Position numbers and translations under genes: made by a program
The notes under the pieces: model-generated
What the model saw: only the letters and a program-made list of their open reading frames with translations
Told to the model about the DNA's origin: nothing
Databases searched by the model: none
Shown: in pieces, positions 10,069-18,740 of the stretch
How positions within the stretch are numbered: position 1 is the stretch's first letter
Layout: each line of letters starts with the position of its first letter
NCBI GenBank assembly: GCA_034666965.1
Contig: JAXDKT010000122.1
Location: forward strand, 6,928 to 70,927
Direction: 5' to 3'
Length of the DNA: 64,000 bases
DNA from: Chloroflexota bacterium
GTDB taxonomy: Bacteria > Chloroflexota > Limnocylindria > Limnocylindrales > CSP1-4

Positions 10069-11588
10069 TCGGCGCGCTGCGCGCTGCCGTGCTGCTGGGT
10101 GGCAGCTCGATCGTCGCGATCGTCATGCTCCTCGCGACGGCCAAGGGGCTGGCCGTCCTCGTCGGGCCGCACGGCGTGGGCGCCTTCGCGCTGCTCCAGA
10201 GCTTCGTCGATCTGGCCGGGCTGCTGGCCGGGCTCGGGATCAGCGTCAGCCTCGTGCGCCTGGTCGCCGACGCGCTGGATCGCCGAGATCCACAGCGCGT
10301 GACCGCCGTGCGCGCCGCCTCCGGGGTCATGGTCTGGTCGCTGGGAGCCGTAGCCGCCCTCGCGCTGGTTGCTCGGCGCGACGCGCTGTCCGAGACGATC
10401 TTCAGCTCGTCCGAGCTCGGCGGCGCGGTGGCGATCGCGGCCCTTGCCGTGCCCTTCACCCTGGCGGCGGCGACGAACATCGCCACGCTGAGTGCCTACC
10501 GCGAGGTCGGCGCGATCGCCACGCTGCGGACCATCGCGGTGGTTGCGGCGGCCGTCGTGACCCTCGGCGCGGTGCTGATCGTGGGTGAGGCCGGGGTCGC
10601 CATCGGGATCCTGGCCTCGTCGGTCGGGCTGTGGCTGGGAGCCTCGGTCCTCCTGCGGCGGCGAACCGCCGGGCACGGCTGGCCGGGCTGGTCGGCGATC
10701 AAGGCGGCGAGCGCGGACCTGGTGAGATTTGGCCTACCCTTCGCCGGAAGCTCCATCGTCGGCACCGGGATCCAACTGGCGATACCCATCCTGGTCGCCA
10801 TCCAGCTCAACACGGAGGCAGCCGGCTTCTACCGGGCGGCGACCCAGATCTCCGCTGGATTCGTGACCCTGATCGCGGCGGCCATGCTCCAGGACTACTA
10901 TCCCCGACTGTCCAGCGAGCAGGCGCGGCCCGACGTCCTCGTGAGGCTGATCGACCAGCAGCTGAAGCTGGTGATGATTCTGACCCTGCCCCTGATCCTG
11001 ATCGGGCTTGCCCTCTCGGACGTGATTGTTCCGGTGCTCTACTCGAGTGCCTTCGAGCCCGCGGTCGCCATCCTTGGCTGGCAGCTCGTGGGGACGCTCC
11101 TCAGGTTGCCCAGCTGGACCCTGTCGTTCGCGATCCTCGCCCGCGGTCGGAGCAGGGTCTACTTCGCCGTCGAGCTGGTCGGTGGGCTTGCCCTCCTGTT
11201 CGGGAGCCTGCTCGGAATGGACCGGCTCGGCCTGGCCGGTCTCGGAGTCGCGGTGCTGGCGACGTACCTCATCTACTACCCCACGGTCTGGCTGGCCGTG
11301 AAGCGGGACCTGCCGCTGCGAGTCTCGCGCGCCCAACGAGCGCTCGTGGTGACCACCGGCCTGGCGCTGGTCGTCCAGGCGTTGCCGGCGATCGGTCTCG
11401 GGACCCTGCGCCAGCCGCTCGCGGTCGTCCTGGCGGCCGTCTGGGTGGGTGTCGCCGGCGTGGCCGCCAGCCGGATCGTTCGTGGCCGACACCAGCCTGT
11501 CGATGGCGCACCTGGTGGCGCCGGCCGAGCCACAGACCGGACCGCCGAGGCTCCGGTCGATGGCCCGGAACCGAGTCGCGCGCCGTGA
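10065..11588 (+). CDS. Wzx-type polysaccharide flippase (MOP superfamily, polysaccharide biosynthesis protein)
   Basis: A 12-14 TM protein with Wzx/RfbX-like topology and sequence character. The ATG at 10065 overlaps the upstream stop (ATGA). The N-terminal Arg-rich extension from 9966 was rejected. Confidence 0.7.
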   Translation: MIGALRAAVLLGGSSIVAIVMLLATAKGLAVLVGPHGVGAFALLQSFVDLAGLLAGLGISVSLVRLVADALDRRDPQRVTAVRAASGVMVWSLGAVAALALVARRDALSETIFSSSELGGAVAIAALAVPFTLAAATNIATLSAYREVGAIATLRTIAVVAAAVVTLGAVLIVGEAGVAIGILASSVGLWLGASVLLRRRTAGHGWPGWSAIKAASADLVRFGLPFAGSSIVGTGIQLAIPILVAIQLNTEAAGFYRAATQISAGFVTLIAAAMLQDYYPRLSSEQARPDVLVRLIDQQLKLVMILTLPLILIGLALSDVIVPVLYSSAFEPAVAILGWQLVGTLLRLPSWTLSFAILARGRSRVYFAVELVGGLALLFGSLLGMDRLGLAGLGVAVLATYLIYYPTVWLAVKRDLPLRVSRAQRALVVTTGLALVVQALPAIGLGTLRQPLAVVLAAVWVGVAGVAASRIVRGRHQPVDGAPGGAGRATDRTAEAPVDGPEPSRAP

Positions 11589-13279
11589 CCAGCGCGAGCC
11601 CGTCCGAAGGTCCGGATCTCAGGATCGCGCGCAACCGGGCTCGCTTCGACGAGCTGGTCGGCCGGGCGGAGGACGAGCTTGCCCGGGGCCGGCTCGAGGC
11701 GGCGGCCGTCTGCGCGCAGGTCGCGGCCGCCCTGGCCTGGCACAGCCCGACCGGCCTGTTCGCGAGTCCCAGGCTCGAGTCGGCTTTGCGCGCCATCGCT
11801 CGAGAATCCATGACGCCGCTCGAGCCGGCGACGCGAGGCACCGAAATCCGGACGGTGCTGCATGTGCTCACCACCGCCCAGCGAGTTGGCGGCCACACCC
11901 GGCTCGCCTGGCGCTGGATCGAGCGCGACGAAGGGCGGGTCCATTCGGTTGCCGTGACGCGGCAAGCTCATGGACCGCTGCCGGAGGCAATGCTGGAAGC
12001 TGTCCGGGCACGCGGCGGCCGGATCCACCGGATCGATCGCGCAGCGTCGGGGATCATCGCGCGGGCCGCCGCTCTGCAGACCGTCGCCGCACAAGCCGAC
12101 CTGGTGGTCCTGCACGTACACCCGTTCGATGTCGTCCCGTCCATCGCGCTTGCCGGGCTCGATCGGAGCGGGGCTCGGCCGCCGGCGATCCTGCTGAATC
12201 ACGCGGACCACCTCTTCTGGATCGGGCTGTCGAGCAGCGATCTCGTCCTCCACCTGCGCGCGTCGGGTGCCCGCCTGTCGGCCACCCGGCGTGGGCTCTC
12301 GCCCGATCGATCGGGGATCCTGCCCGTCCCCCTCAGTCCGGCCCCGCCGCCGGCTCAACGAGAGGCTGCCCGACGCCTGCTCGGCTACTCGAACGGGGAG
12401 GTGCTGGCGGTGTCGATCGCGAGCGGCTACAAGTTCGGGCCGGCGGACGGCGACGGCCTGCTGCCACTTCTGGAGCAGGCGCTGGAGCGCTCCCAGGACC
12501 TGCGGGTGCTCGCCATCGGCCCTGGCCACCGCGCGGACTGGCGGGCGGCGGCGAAGCGCACGGCCGGACGGATCGCATCGCTCGGCAACAAGGATGACCT
12601 CACGGCCATCTCCGCGGCCGCGGACATCTACCTCGACTCCTATCCATTCTCGTCGCTGACCTCGATGCTCGAGGCCGGTCAGCTGGGTCTTCCGCTGCTG
12701 GCCTACGGCGTGACGGGACCGGAAACGGGGGTCCTGGGCTTCGACGACCCGGCCACGGAGGGTCTTGCGGTGCGGGCACGAACGCCGGCTGAGTACCTCG
12801 TGGCGCTCGAGGCACTGGTCGACGACCCTGCGGCGAGACGGGAGCGCGGCCAACAGATCCGGCGGGCCATCGCCGCCGATCACGAGGGCCAGGGTTGGCG
12901 CGATCACCTCGAGCGCGCCTACAGCCAGGCAGCCGCGGTCCACGCGTCCCCGCGCGACGAGCCCCATCTCGATGCCGATCCTGCTCCGGGCGCGATCGGA
13001 GAGCTCGATCGCCGTCTCGTCGGCCTGCTGGATGCCCAACAGGCCGATGCCCCGGCCGGCGTCCGCGGCCACCTTCGCCTGGCGCCGTTCGGCCTCCGTC
13101 TCGAGGAATGGCGCCGGTCGCGCGGGACGGCCCAGCCGCTGTCGATCCTGGTCCTGCTCCCCGAGCGAGCGATCATGCTGGCCCGCCGAGCCGGTATGCT
13201 CGCGCACAGCGCACGGCGGGCGCTTCGGCGGTCCGTCAGGAGTCGAGCACGGCCGGATCACGGAGGCGACGCGGCGTGA
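11585..13279 (+). CDS. putative glycosyltransferase (GT4-like N-terminal VLHVLTT..GGHTR motif)
   Basis: About 564 aa and soluble. The N-terminus resembles the GT-B/GT4 nucleotide-sugar-binding start. The GTG at 11585 overlaps the flippase stop (GTGA). Function is tentative. Confidence 0.4.
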   Translation: MTSASPSEGPDLRIARNRARFDELVGRAEDELARGRLEAAAVCAQVAAALAWHSPTGLFASPRLESALRAIARESMTPLEPATRGTEIRTVLHVLTTAQRVGGHTRLAWRWIERDEGRVHSVAVTRQAHGPLPEAMLEAVRARGGRIHRIDRAASGIIARAAALQTVAAQADLVVLHVHPFDVVPSIALAGLDRSGARPPAILLNHADHLFWIGLSSSDLVLHLRASGARLSATRRGLSPDRSGILPVPLSPAPPPAQREAARRLLGYSNGEVLAVSIASGYKFGPADGDGLLPLLEQALERSQDLRVLAIGPGHRADWRAAAKRTAGRIASLGNKDDLTAISAAADIYLDSYPFSSLTSMLEAGQLGLPLLAYGVTGPETGVLGFDDPATEGLAVRARTPAEYLVALEALVDDPAARRERGQQIRRAIAADHEGQGWRDHLERAYSQAAAVHASPRDEPHLDADPAPGAIGELDRRLVGLLDAQQADAPAGVRGHLRLAPFGLRLEEWRRSRGTAQPLSILVLLPERAIMLARRAGMLAHSARRALRRSVRSRARPDHGGDAA

Positions 13280-14007
13280 GATCCCCGCTGTCCGTGGTTG
13301 AGACGGCAGCCATCGGACGCGACGTGAGAATCGACGAGTTCGTCGTGATCCGTGACGGGGCGACCATCGGCGACCGGGTCACGATCCACCCCAACGTCGT
13401 CATCGAAGCCGGGGTCAGCATCGGTTCGGGCGTCGAGATCTTTCCGGGAACGTACATCGGCAAGGAACCGCGCGGCGCGGGCAACCTTGCCCGCGAGCCG
13501 AGCTTCGAGCGGCGGGTCAGCATCGGGCCCGATTGCGTCATCGGGCCATCGGCGACGATCTACCTCGACGTCGAGATCGGCGATCATGTTCTCGTCGGCG
13601 ACGGGGCTTCGATCAGGGAGCAATGCCGGATCGGCGCGCGCTGCGTCATCGGGCGGCACGTCACGTTGAACTACGACGTGGCGGTCGGGACTGGCACCAA
13701 GATCATGGATCACACCTGGCTCGCGGGCTCGATGCGGGTCGGACGCGAGGTCTTCATCTCGGGCGGCGTGCTGACGGCCAACGACAACGCGATGGGCCGG
13801 GCCGGCTTCGATCCGGGGATCGTCCGCGGACCCGCCATCGGCGACGGGGCCGTGATCGGCGCGGGCGCCATCCTCCTGCCGAACATCACCGTCGGCGCCG
13901 GGGCCACGGTCGGTGCCGGGGCTGTCGTCACCCGCGACGTGGCGTCCGGTGAGACCGTGTTGGGTGCTCCGGCCAGGCCGCGCACCAAGCGACCGGAGGC
14001 GCAGTAG
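13276..14007 (+). CDS. fdtC: hexapeptide-repeat sugar N-acetyltransferase (FdtC/QdtC/PglD-like)
   Basis: Extensive hexapeptide repeats throughout a 243-aa protein. It sits directly upstream of the FdtA and FdtB homologues. The GTG at 13276 overlaps the upstream stop (GTGA). Confidence 0.6.
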   Translation: MRSPLSVVETAAIGRDVRIDEFVVIRDGATIGDRVTIHPNVVIEAGVSIGSGVEIFPGTYIGKEPRGAGNLAREPSFERRVSIGPDCVIGPSATIYLDVEIGDHVLVGDGASIREQCRIGARCVIGRHVTLNYDVAVGTGTKIMDHTWLAGSMRVGREVFISGGVLTANDNAMGRAGFDPGIVRGPAIGDGAVIGAGAILLPNITVGAGATVGAGAVVTRDVASGETVLGAPARPRTKRPEAQ

Positions 14008-14012
14008 GGCCG

Positions 14013-14426
14013 ATGGGACTCGACGACGTGCGCATGCTCCAGTTCCCGAAGATCGCCGACCCGAAGGGCAACCTCACGCCGATCGAAGGCAGCGCCCAGG
14101 TCCCCTTCGAGATCGCGCGCGTGTTCTATCTGTACGACGTGCCCGGCGGCGTGGCCCGCGGGGGTCACGCTCATCGGGCGCTCCAGCAGGTGATCATCGC
14201 CGCCTCGGGCAGCTTCGACGTCGTGGTCGAGGACGGGCAGGCGTCGCAGCGGTTCTTTCTCAACCGGTCGCACTACGGTCTGTACATCCCGCCGATGGTC
14301 TGGGCCAACCTGGAGAACTTCTCGTCGGGGTCGGTCTGTCTCGTGGTCGCGTCGGCACCGTATGACGAATCCGACTACTACCGCGACCACGACGAGTACC
14401 TGGCGGTTGTCCGAGGCCGGCCGTGA
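14013..14426 (+). CDS. fdtA: dTDP-4-dehydro-6-deoxyglucose 3,4-ketoisomerase (FdtA/WxcM-C-domain family)
   Basis: A 137-aa protein with the HAH motif (RGGHAHRALQQ) and a C-terminal PYDESDYYRDHDEY segment. These align closely with Aneurinibacillus FdtA (RGFHAHKKLEQ ... YYDETDYIRQYD). Confidence 0.8.
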   Translation: MGLDDVRMLQFPKIADPKGNLTPIEGSAQVPFEIARVFYLYDVPGGVARGGHAHRALQQVIIAASGSFDVVVEDGQASQRFFLNRSHYGLYIPPMVWANLENFSSGSVCLVVASAPYDESDYYRDHDEYLAVVRGRP

Positions 14427-15523
14427 CGGTCCCGTTCCTCGACGTCGGGGCGGCGACCCAGGAGATCCGGCCGGAGATCGACCAGGCGATCGGGCGTGTC
14501 CTGGATCGGGGCTGGTACGTCCTTGGACGGGAGGTCGAAGCGTTCGAGCAGGCCTTCGCCACCTACACCGGCGTCCGACACTGCGTCGCGGTGAACAGCG
14601 GCCTGGACGCGCTGATCCTCGGTCTCCGGGCCCTCGGAATCGGGTCAGGCGACGAGGTCATCGTGCCCTCCAACACGTACATCGCGACATGGCTGGCGGT
14701 GAGCGCAGTCGGCGCCACGCCGATCCCGGTCGAGCCGAACCCTGCCACCTACAACCTGGATCCCGGGCGCGTGGCCGAGCGGCTGAATGAACGGACCGCC
14801 GCGGTCATTCCCGTCCACCTGTACGGCCAGCCGGCCGACACGGACGCCCTCCGGACCGTGCTGGATGGCCATCGCGCCAAGCTCCTCGAGGACGCGGCCC
14901 AGGCCCATGGGGCCACCCTTCGAGGCCGTCGGGTGGGCTCGCTGGGCGATGCGGCCGCGTGGAGCTTCTATCCCGGCAAGAACCTCGGCGCGCTCGGCGA
15001 CGGAGGCGCGCTGACGACCGACGACGCGGCCATCGCCGACGAGGTCCGACGCCTGCGCAACTACGGGTCGCGCGAGAAGTACGTCAACGAGGTCAAGGGC
15101 GTCAACAGCCGTCTCGACGAGATCCAGGCCGCGATCCTGACGACGAAGCTCGATCACCTTGACCGGTGGAACGCGAGACGCCGGGCGATCGCCGCGCGCT
15201 ACCTCGCCGAGCTCGAGGGCTCGGCTCTCGGGCTGCCCGCGGTGCTCGCCGGCGCGGATCCCGTCTGGCATGTCTTCGTCGTCCGGCACCCGCGCCGTGA
15301 CGCGCTGCGGGCGGCGCTGACCGCAGCCGGCGTCCAGACCCTCATCCACTATCCGATCCCGCCCCATCTCCAGGGCGCGTACCGCGAGATGGGCCTGGGC
15401 CCAGGCGCCCTGCCGATCTCGGAGGCGATCCACCGCGAGGTCGTGAGCCTCCCGATCGGGCCGCACATGACCGACGATCAAGTCGGCCTCGTCGTCGCCG
15501 CGGTCCGGTCCGCGCTGGCCTAG
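14423..15523 (+). CDS. fdtB: DegT/DnrJ/EryC1/StrS-family PLP sugar aminotransferase (FdtB/QdtB-like)
   Basis: Classic DegT family features: GWYVLGREVEAFEQAF, the SFYPGKNLGALGDGG lysine region, and CVAVNSGLDAL. The GTG start overlaps the fdtA stop (GTGA). Confidence 0.8.
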   Translation: MTVPFLDVGAATQEIRPEIDQAIGRVLDRGWYVLGREVEAFEQAFATYTGVRHCVAVNSGLDALILGLRALGIGSGDEVIVPSNTYIATWLAVSAVGATPIPVEPNPATYNLDPGRVAERLNERTAAVIPVHLYGQPADTDALRTVLDGHRAKLLEDAAQAHGATLRGRRVGSLGDAAAWSFYPGKNLGALGDGGALTTDDAAIADEVRRLRNYGSREKYVNEVKGVNSRLDEIQAAILTTKLDHLDRWNARRRAIAARYLAELEGSALGLPAVLAGADPVWHVFVVRHPRRDALRAALTAAGVQTLIHYPIPPHLQGAYREMGLGPGALPISEAIHREVVSLPIGPHMTDDQVGLVVAAVRSALA

Positions 15524-15526
15524 GCT

Positions 15527-15542
15527 CTGATCGCGCGATCAG
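15527..15542. terminator. perfect 8-bp inverted repeat CTGATCGC/GCGATCAG at the convergent junction of the two glycan operons
   Basis: ctgatcgcgcgatcag lies between the fdtB stop (15523) and overlaps the stop of the minus-strand GT2 (15539). It is a candidate bidirectional terminator hairpin, although there is no U-tract (expected in a high-GC genome). Confidence 0.35.
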
Positions 15543-16441
15543 CCCGGACGCGACCGCGTCAGGCGGGCCAGCGCGATCCCGGTCAGCTCGATCCGTTCCC
15601 GGACCGCGATCGCCGAGAGGACCGCCAGGCTCACCCACCTGGGCTGGCGGTCCTCGTAGTGCGCTCGATAGAAGCGCCGCATGCCATCGTGGAAGTAACG
15701 GACGGTACGCTCCCGGAAGCGGCGCGAGCTGGCCCGCTTGCGATGGCGGACCGTGGTCACCGGGGTGTACATGATCCGCCAGCCGGCGGCCTTGATCCGG
15801 TATGCCCAGTCGAGGTCTTCGCCGTACATGAAGTAGCGCTCGTCGAGGAGGCCCACGCCCTCGACGACCTCGGCCCGGACCAGCATGAACGCCCCGCAGG
15901 GCGCGTCGATCTCCGTCTCCTCCCGCTCGTCGAGGTAGGTCAGGTTGTAGCGACCGAACCGGCGGCTGCGCGGAAACAATCGCGAGAGCATCGTCATGCG
16001 ATAGAACGCGACCGCCGGCGTCGGGAACGACCGACGGCAGGCGAGGTCGAGGCTCCCGTCGTCCATCTCCAGGCGGCAGGTGCTGCAGCCGACGTCGGGT
16101 CGGGCGTCCATGTAGTCGACCATCGACCGCAGGGAGTCCGCTGCCAGGAGGGTGTCCGGGTTGAGCAGGAGCCGATACCGCCCGCGGGCCGCGCGCAGGC
16201 CCTGGTTGGAGGCGACCGCGAACCCTGCGTTGCGCTCGTTGCGGATGACCCGGACCCCGGGATAGGCCGCCTCGCACGCCGCCGGATCGAACTGGACCGA
16301 GGCATTGTCGACGACGAAGACCTCCAGACTGAGGTCGGTCTTCGCCGGGCCGAGGGAGCGAAGGCAATCGGCCAGCAGCGTGGGCGTCTCGTAGTGGACG
16401 ATCACGACACTCAGGTCGACGCTCGGACCGGACCCGGCCAT
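15539..16441 (-). CDS. GT2-family glycosyltransferase
   Basis: The credible start is the ATG at 16441 (MAGSGPSVDLSVVIVHYETPTLL...VVDNAS...), which gives the classic GT2 DxD core. The 235-aa Arg-rich N-terminal extension in the ORF track was rejected. It overlaps the upstream gene by 1 nt. Confidence 0.7.
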   Translation of the reverse strand: MAGSGPSVDLSVVIVHYETPTLLADCLRSLGPAKTDLSLEVFVVDNASVQFDPAACEAAYPGVRVIRNERNAGFAVASNQGLRAARGRYRLLLNPDTLLAADSLRSMVDYMDARPDVGCSTCRLEMDDGSLDLACRRSFPTPAVAFYRMTMLSRLFPRSRRFGRYNLTYLDEREETEIDAPCGAFMLVRAEVVEGVGLLDERYFMYGEDLDWAYRIKAAGWRIMYTPVTTVRHRKRASSRRFRERTVRYFHDGMRRFYRAHYEDRQPRWVSLAVLSAIAVRERIELTGIALARLTRSRPG

Positions 16442-17655
16442 CAGCCTTCCACGCGGAACTCCGCCCGGTGCCAGACCTCGATCTCGCGGCCGCGCAGGAC
16501 GTTCAACCAGCCCACGGCAAAGGCGAGATTGACGACCGCGAACGACCGGGCGAAGGTGACCAGCCGAGGCGGCCGCCGGCCGGCGCCCACGAACAGGTGG
16601 GCGGCCACGGCCAGGAGCAGGCCGGCGACGACGATTGCCGGCGCGATCAGGTAGGCGGTTGCGCCACTCAGCCCAAGCGCCAGCCCGCTGCCGGTGACCG
16701 CGAGCAGGAACCAGGGCGTCGCCCAGCGCAGCAGCTTGTGCGACCAGATGGCCAGGGCCGCGCCCGGCCGGCGCCATGGGGCGAGGCGACCGGCCATCGA
16801 CAGGTTGGCGCGGATGCCGCGCGTCGCGGTCCGGGTCCGGTTGCGCAACTGCTCGCGCAGGCCGCTGATCGGCCGGTCGGTGGCCGCCGCGGCCGGGACG
16901 TAGACGACGAGGCCCCCGGCTTCCGCCACGTACAGCGGCAGGAGATGATCCATCGATGCCGTGGCGGGCACGGGCCGGTAGGCCGAGCGGCGCACGGCAA
17001 GCAGCGCCCCGGTCACTGCGGTCAGCAGGCCGGCCCGGCTCTCGAGCTCGCGGACGTGGCGCTCGTAGCGCCAGTACAGGCCCTCGTTCGACGATGTGGC
17101 GGTCGCGCGCTCGTCGCGCCACTCGAGGCGGCCGGTCGCGCACCCGACCCGCGGATCGCGGAACGCCTCGGCCAGGGCACCCAGGCAGCCCGGTCGGAAG
17201 CGGGTCTCGGCGTCGGTCAGGACCACCACCTCGCCGCGGGCCGCCTCGAACAGGGCGTGCTGCGCCGTGGTCTGGCCGCCGCGCGGGAGCGACATGAGGC
17301 GCAGGCGCGGCTCATTCGCCGCCAGCTCGGCGACGATCCGCTCGGTGGCGTCGGCCGAGCCGTCGGAGCCGACGAGGACCTCGACCAGCCGCACCCCGGG
17401 CGCGTCCTGGGCGAAGGCGTCGGCGATCCGTCCGGCGATCGCGTCGGCCTCGTTATGAACCGCGATGGCGACCGACAGCGTCGGCTGCGGATCGGTCGGC
17501 CGTGGCCGCCACGGGGCGACCCGGGCGAGGGCCGCGACCAGGATCGGGTAGCCGAGGTAGACCCAGGCCAGGAGCCCGACGGCCGTCCACAGGATGATCG
17601 CGCTGAGCACGGCCCTAGGGTACCCGCGTCCGTGCTGGCTGACCTCGAAGGTCAC
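16441..17655 (-). CDS. membrane-bound GT2 glycosyltransferase (cellulose-synthase/PNAG-synthase-like topology)
   Basis: N-terminal TM region, then a GT2 core (SVAIAVHNEAD ... VLVGSDGSAD ... VLTDAET). The start was moved to the GTG at 17655..17653, which overlaps the Fic stop (GTGA). Confidence 0.6.
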   Translation of the reverse strand: MTFEVSQHGRGYPRAVLSAIILWTAVGLLAWVYLGYPILVAALARVAPWRPRPTDPQPTLSVAIAVHNEADAIAGRIADAFAQDAPGVRLVEVLVGSDGSADATERIVAELAANEPRLRLMSLPRGGQTTAQHALFEAARGEVVVLTDAETRFRPGCLGALAEAFRDPRVGCATGRLEWRDERATATSSNEGLYWRYERHVRELESRAGLLTAVTGALLAVRRSAYRPVPATASMDHLLPLYVAEAGGLVVYVPAAAATDRPISGLREQLRNRTRTATRGIRANLSMAGRLAPWRRPGAALAIWSHKLLRWATPWFLLAVTGSGLALGLSGATAYLIAPAIVVAGLLLAVAAHLFVGAGRRPPRLVTFARSFAVVNLAFAVGWLNVLRGREIEVWHRAEFRVEG

Positions 17656-18287
17656 GGACCGACGAGTTGATCGAGGATCGCCTTGAACGCGATCGCCATC
17701 GGTCGGTGTTGTCCGCGCATCGAGGCGGCTGCCGCGCCGGCGTAGAGCATGTGGGCCGGCCGAGGTTTGAGTTGCAGGAAGAACGGCAAGCCATAGCGCA
17801 CGGATACCCAGTTCGCCCAGATCCTGGCGATGCGCCCATTGCCGTTGGCCAACGGATGGATCCGAACCCATTCACCATGGGCGATCGCGGCCGCCTCCAG
17901 GACCGCGAACAGCTCGGATGGATCGCCGGGCCGCCCGCCGACCGGGATGGCCCCATCGAGCCCGGCGATGATCGCGCGCATACCCGCTTCGAAGCCGATC
18001 AACTCCGTCGGGACGTCGGCCGACATCGCGCCGAAGGCGGTCCCGATCTGGACCTCGTACCCGATCAGCTCGGGAAAGCTTGGATCCGAGTCGCGCAGCT
18101 CGCCTGCGTAGTAGGGAACGGGCAGGCGGACCCCGTGGTATGCCGCCCGATGCCAGTCCTGCGCCATCGCCACGGTCGGTGGCCGTCGCCGGGCCGCCTC
18201 GGCGTAGATCCGTAGACCCAGAGCGGTGAGGTTGGCCCTGATCTGCCCCGCTGACCCTGGTGGATCGTCGTTCCAGGGAATGGGCAC
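17652..18287 (-). CDS. Fic/DOC-family protein (putative toxin) with non-canonical active-site motif HPLANGNGRIAR
   Basis: A 211-aa protein with a Fic core motif. The canonical motif is HxFx(D/E)GNGRxxR; here Asn replaces the acidic residue. It lies 2 nt downstream of the RHH gene, and its stop overlaps the start of the GT2 gene. Confidence 0.75.
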   Translation of the reverse strand: MPIPWNDDPPGSAGQIRANLTALGLRIYAEAARRRPPTVAMAQDWHRAAYHGVRLPVPYYAGELRDSDPSFPELIGYEVQIGTAFGAMSADVPTELIGFEAGMRAIIAGLDGAIPVGGRPGDPSELFAVLEAAAIAHGEWVRIHPLANGNGRIARIWANWVSVRYGLPFFLQLKPRPAHMLYAGAAAASMRGQHRPMAIAFKAILDQLVGP

Positions 18288-18289
18288 GG

Positions 18290-18637
18290 TTAGCGCCCGC
18301 GAGTTGCGGCGGCGGCCTCGGCGAACCTGGCGGCGATCCCCTGCGGATCTTCCTTGACCACCATCCGAGCCTGGAGCGGGTCGTCGAAGGTGACTTCGGC
18401 GTCGGCGAAGCGCGCGACTTCCGCTTGAGGGTCCGCACGGTAGTCGGCAAGACGCCCCAGGGTGTGGGTGAGGTCCTCCTCGAGCGCGAAGGACGCGCTC
18501 TGGATCTCGCTCTGGATCATCGTTTCGACGAGACGGTTCATGGACACGCCCATCCGACTTGAGAGCAGCGCGAGGAGCTCGTGCGTCGCTTCATCTTCAA
18601 AGCGGAGCGTGAAGGAGCGCCGTCGCTTCTTGCCCAT
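18290..18637 (-). CDS. ribbon-helix-helix (Arc/CopG-like) antitoxin-type protein, putative FicA-like partner
   Basis: A 115-aa protein. The N-terminal SFTLRFEDEATHELLALLSSRMGVSMNRLVETMI matches the RHH beta-alpha-alpha pattern. The central SASFALEEDL resembles the inhibitory SxxxE(G/N) helix of class I Fic antitoxins. Confidence 0.55.
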   Translation of the reverse strand: MGKKRRRSFTLRFEDEATHELLALLSSRMGVSMNRLVETMIQSEIQSASFALEEDLTHTLGRLADYRADPQAEVARFADAEVTFDDPLQARMVVKEDPQGIAARFAEAAAATRGR

Positions 18638-18740
18638 GGGCTCACCGTAGACCGGATGGCGTCATAAGTCAAGAATGGCGTCACATCGACGGTGGTCCTC
18701 GAGCTGGCTCTCAGGTCGCGGTCGGCCACGGCCGCCGCGC

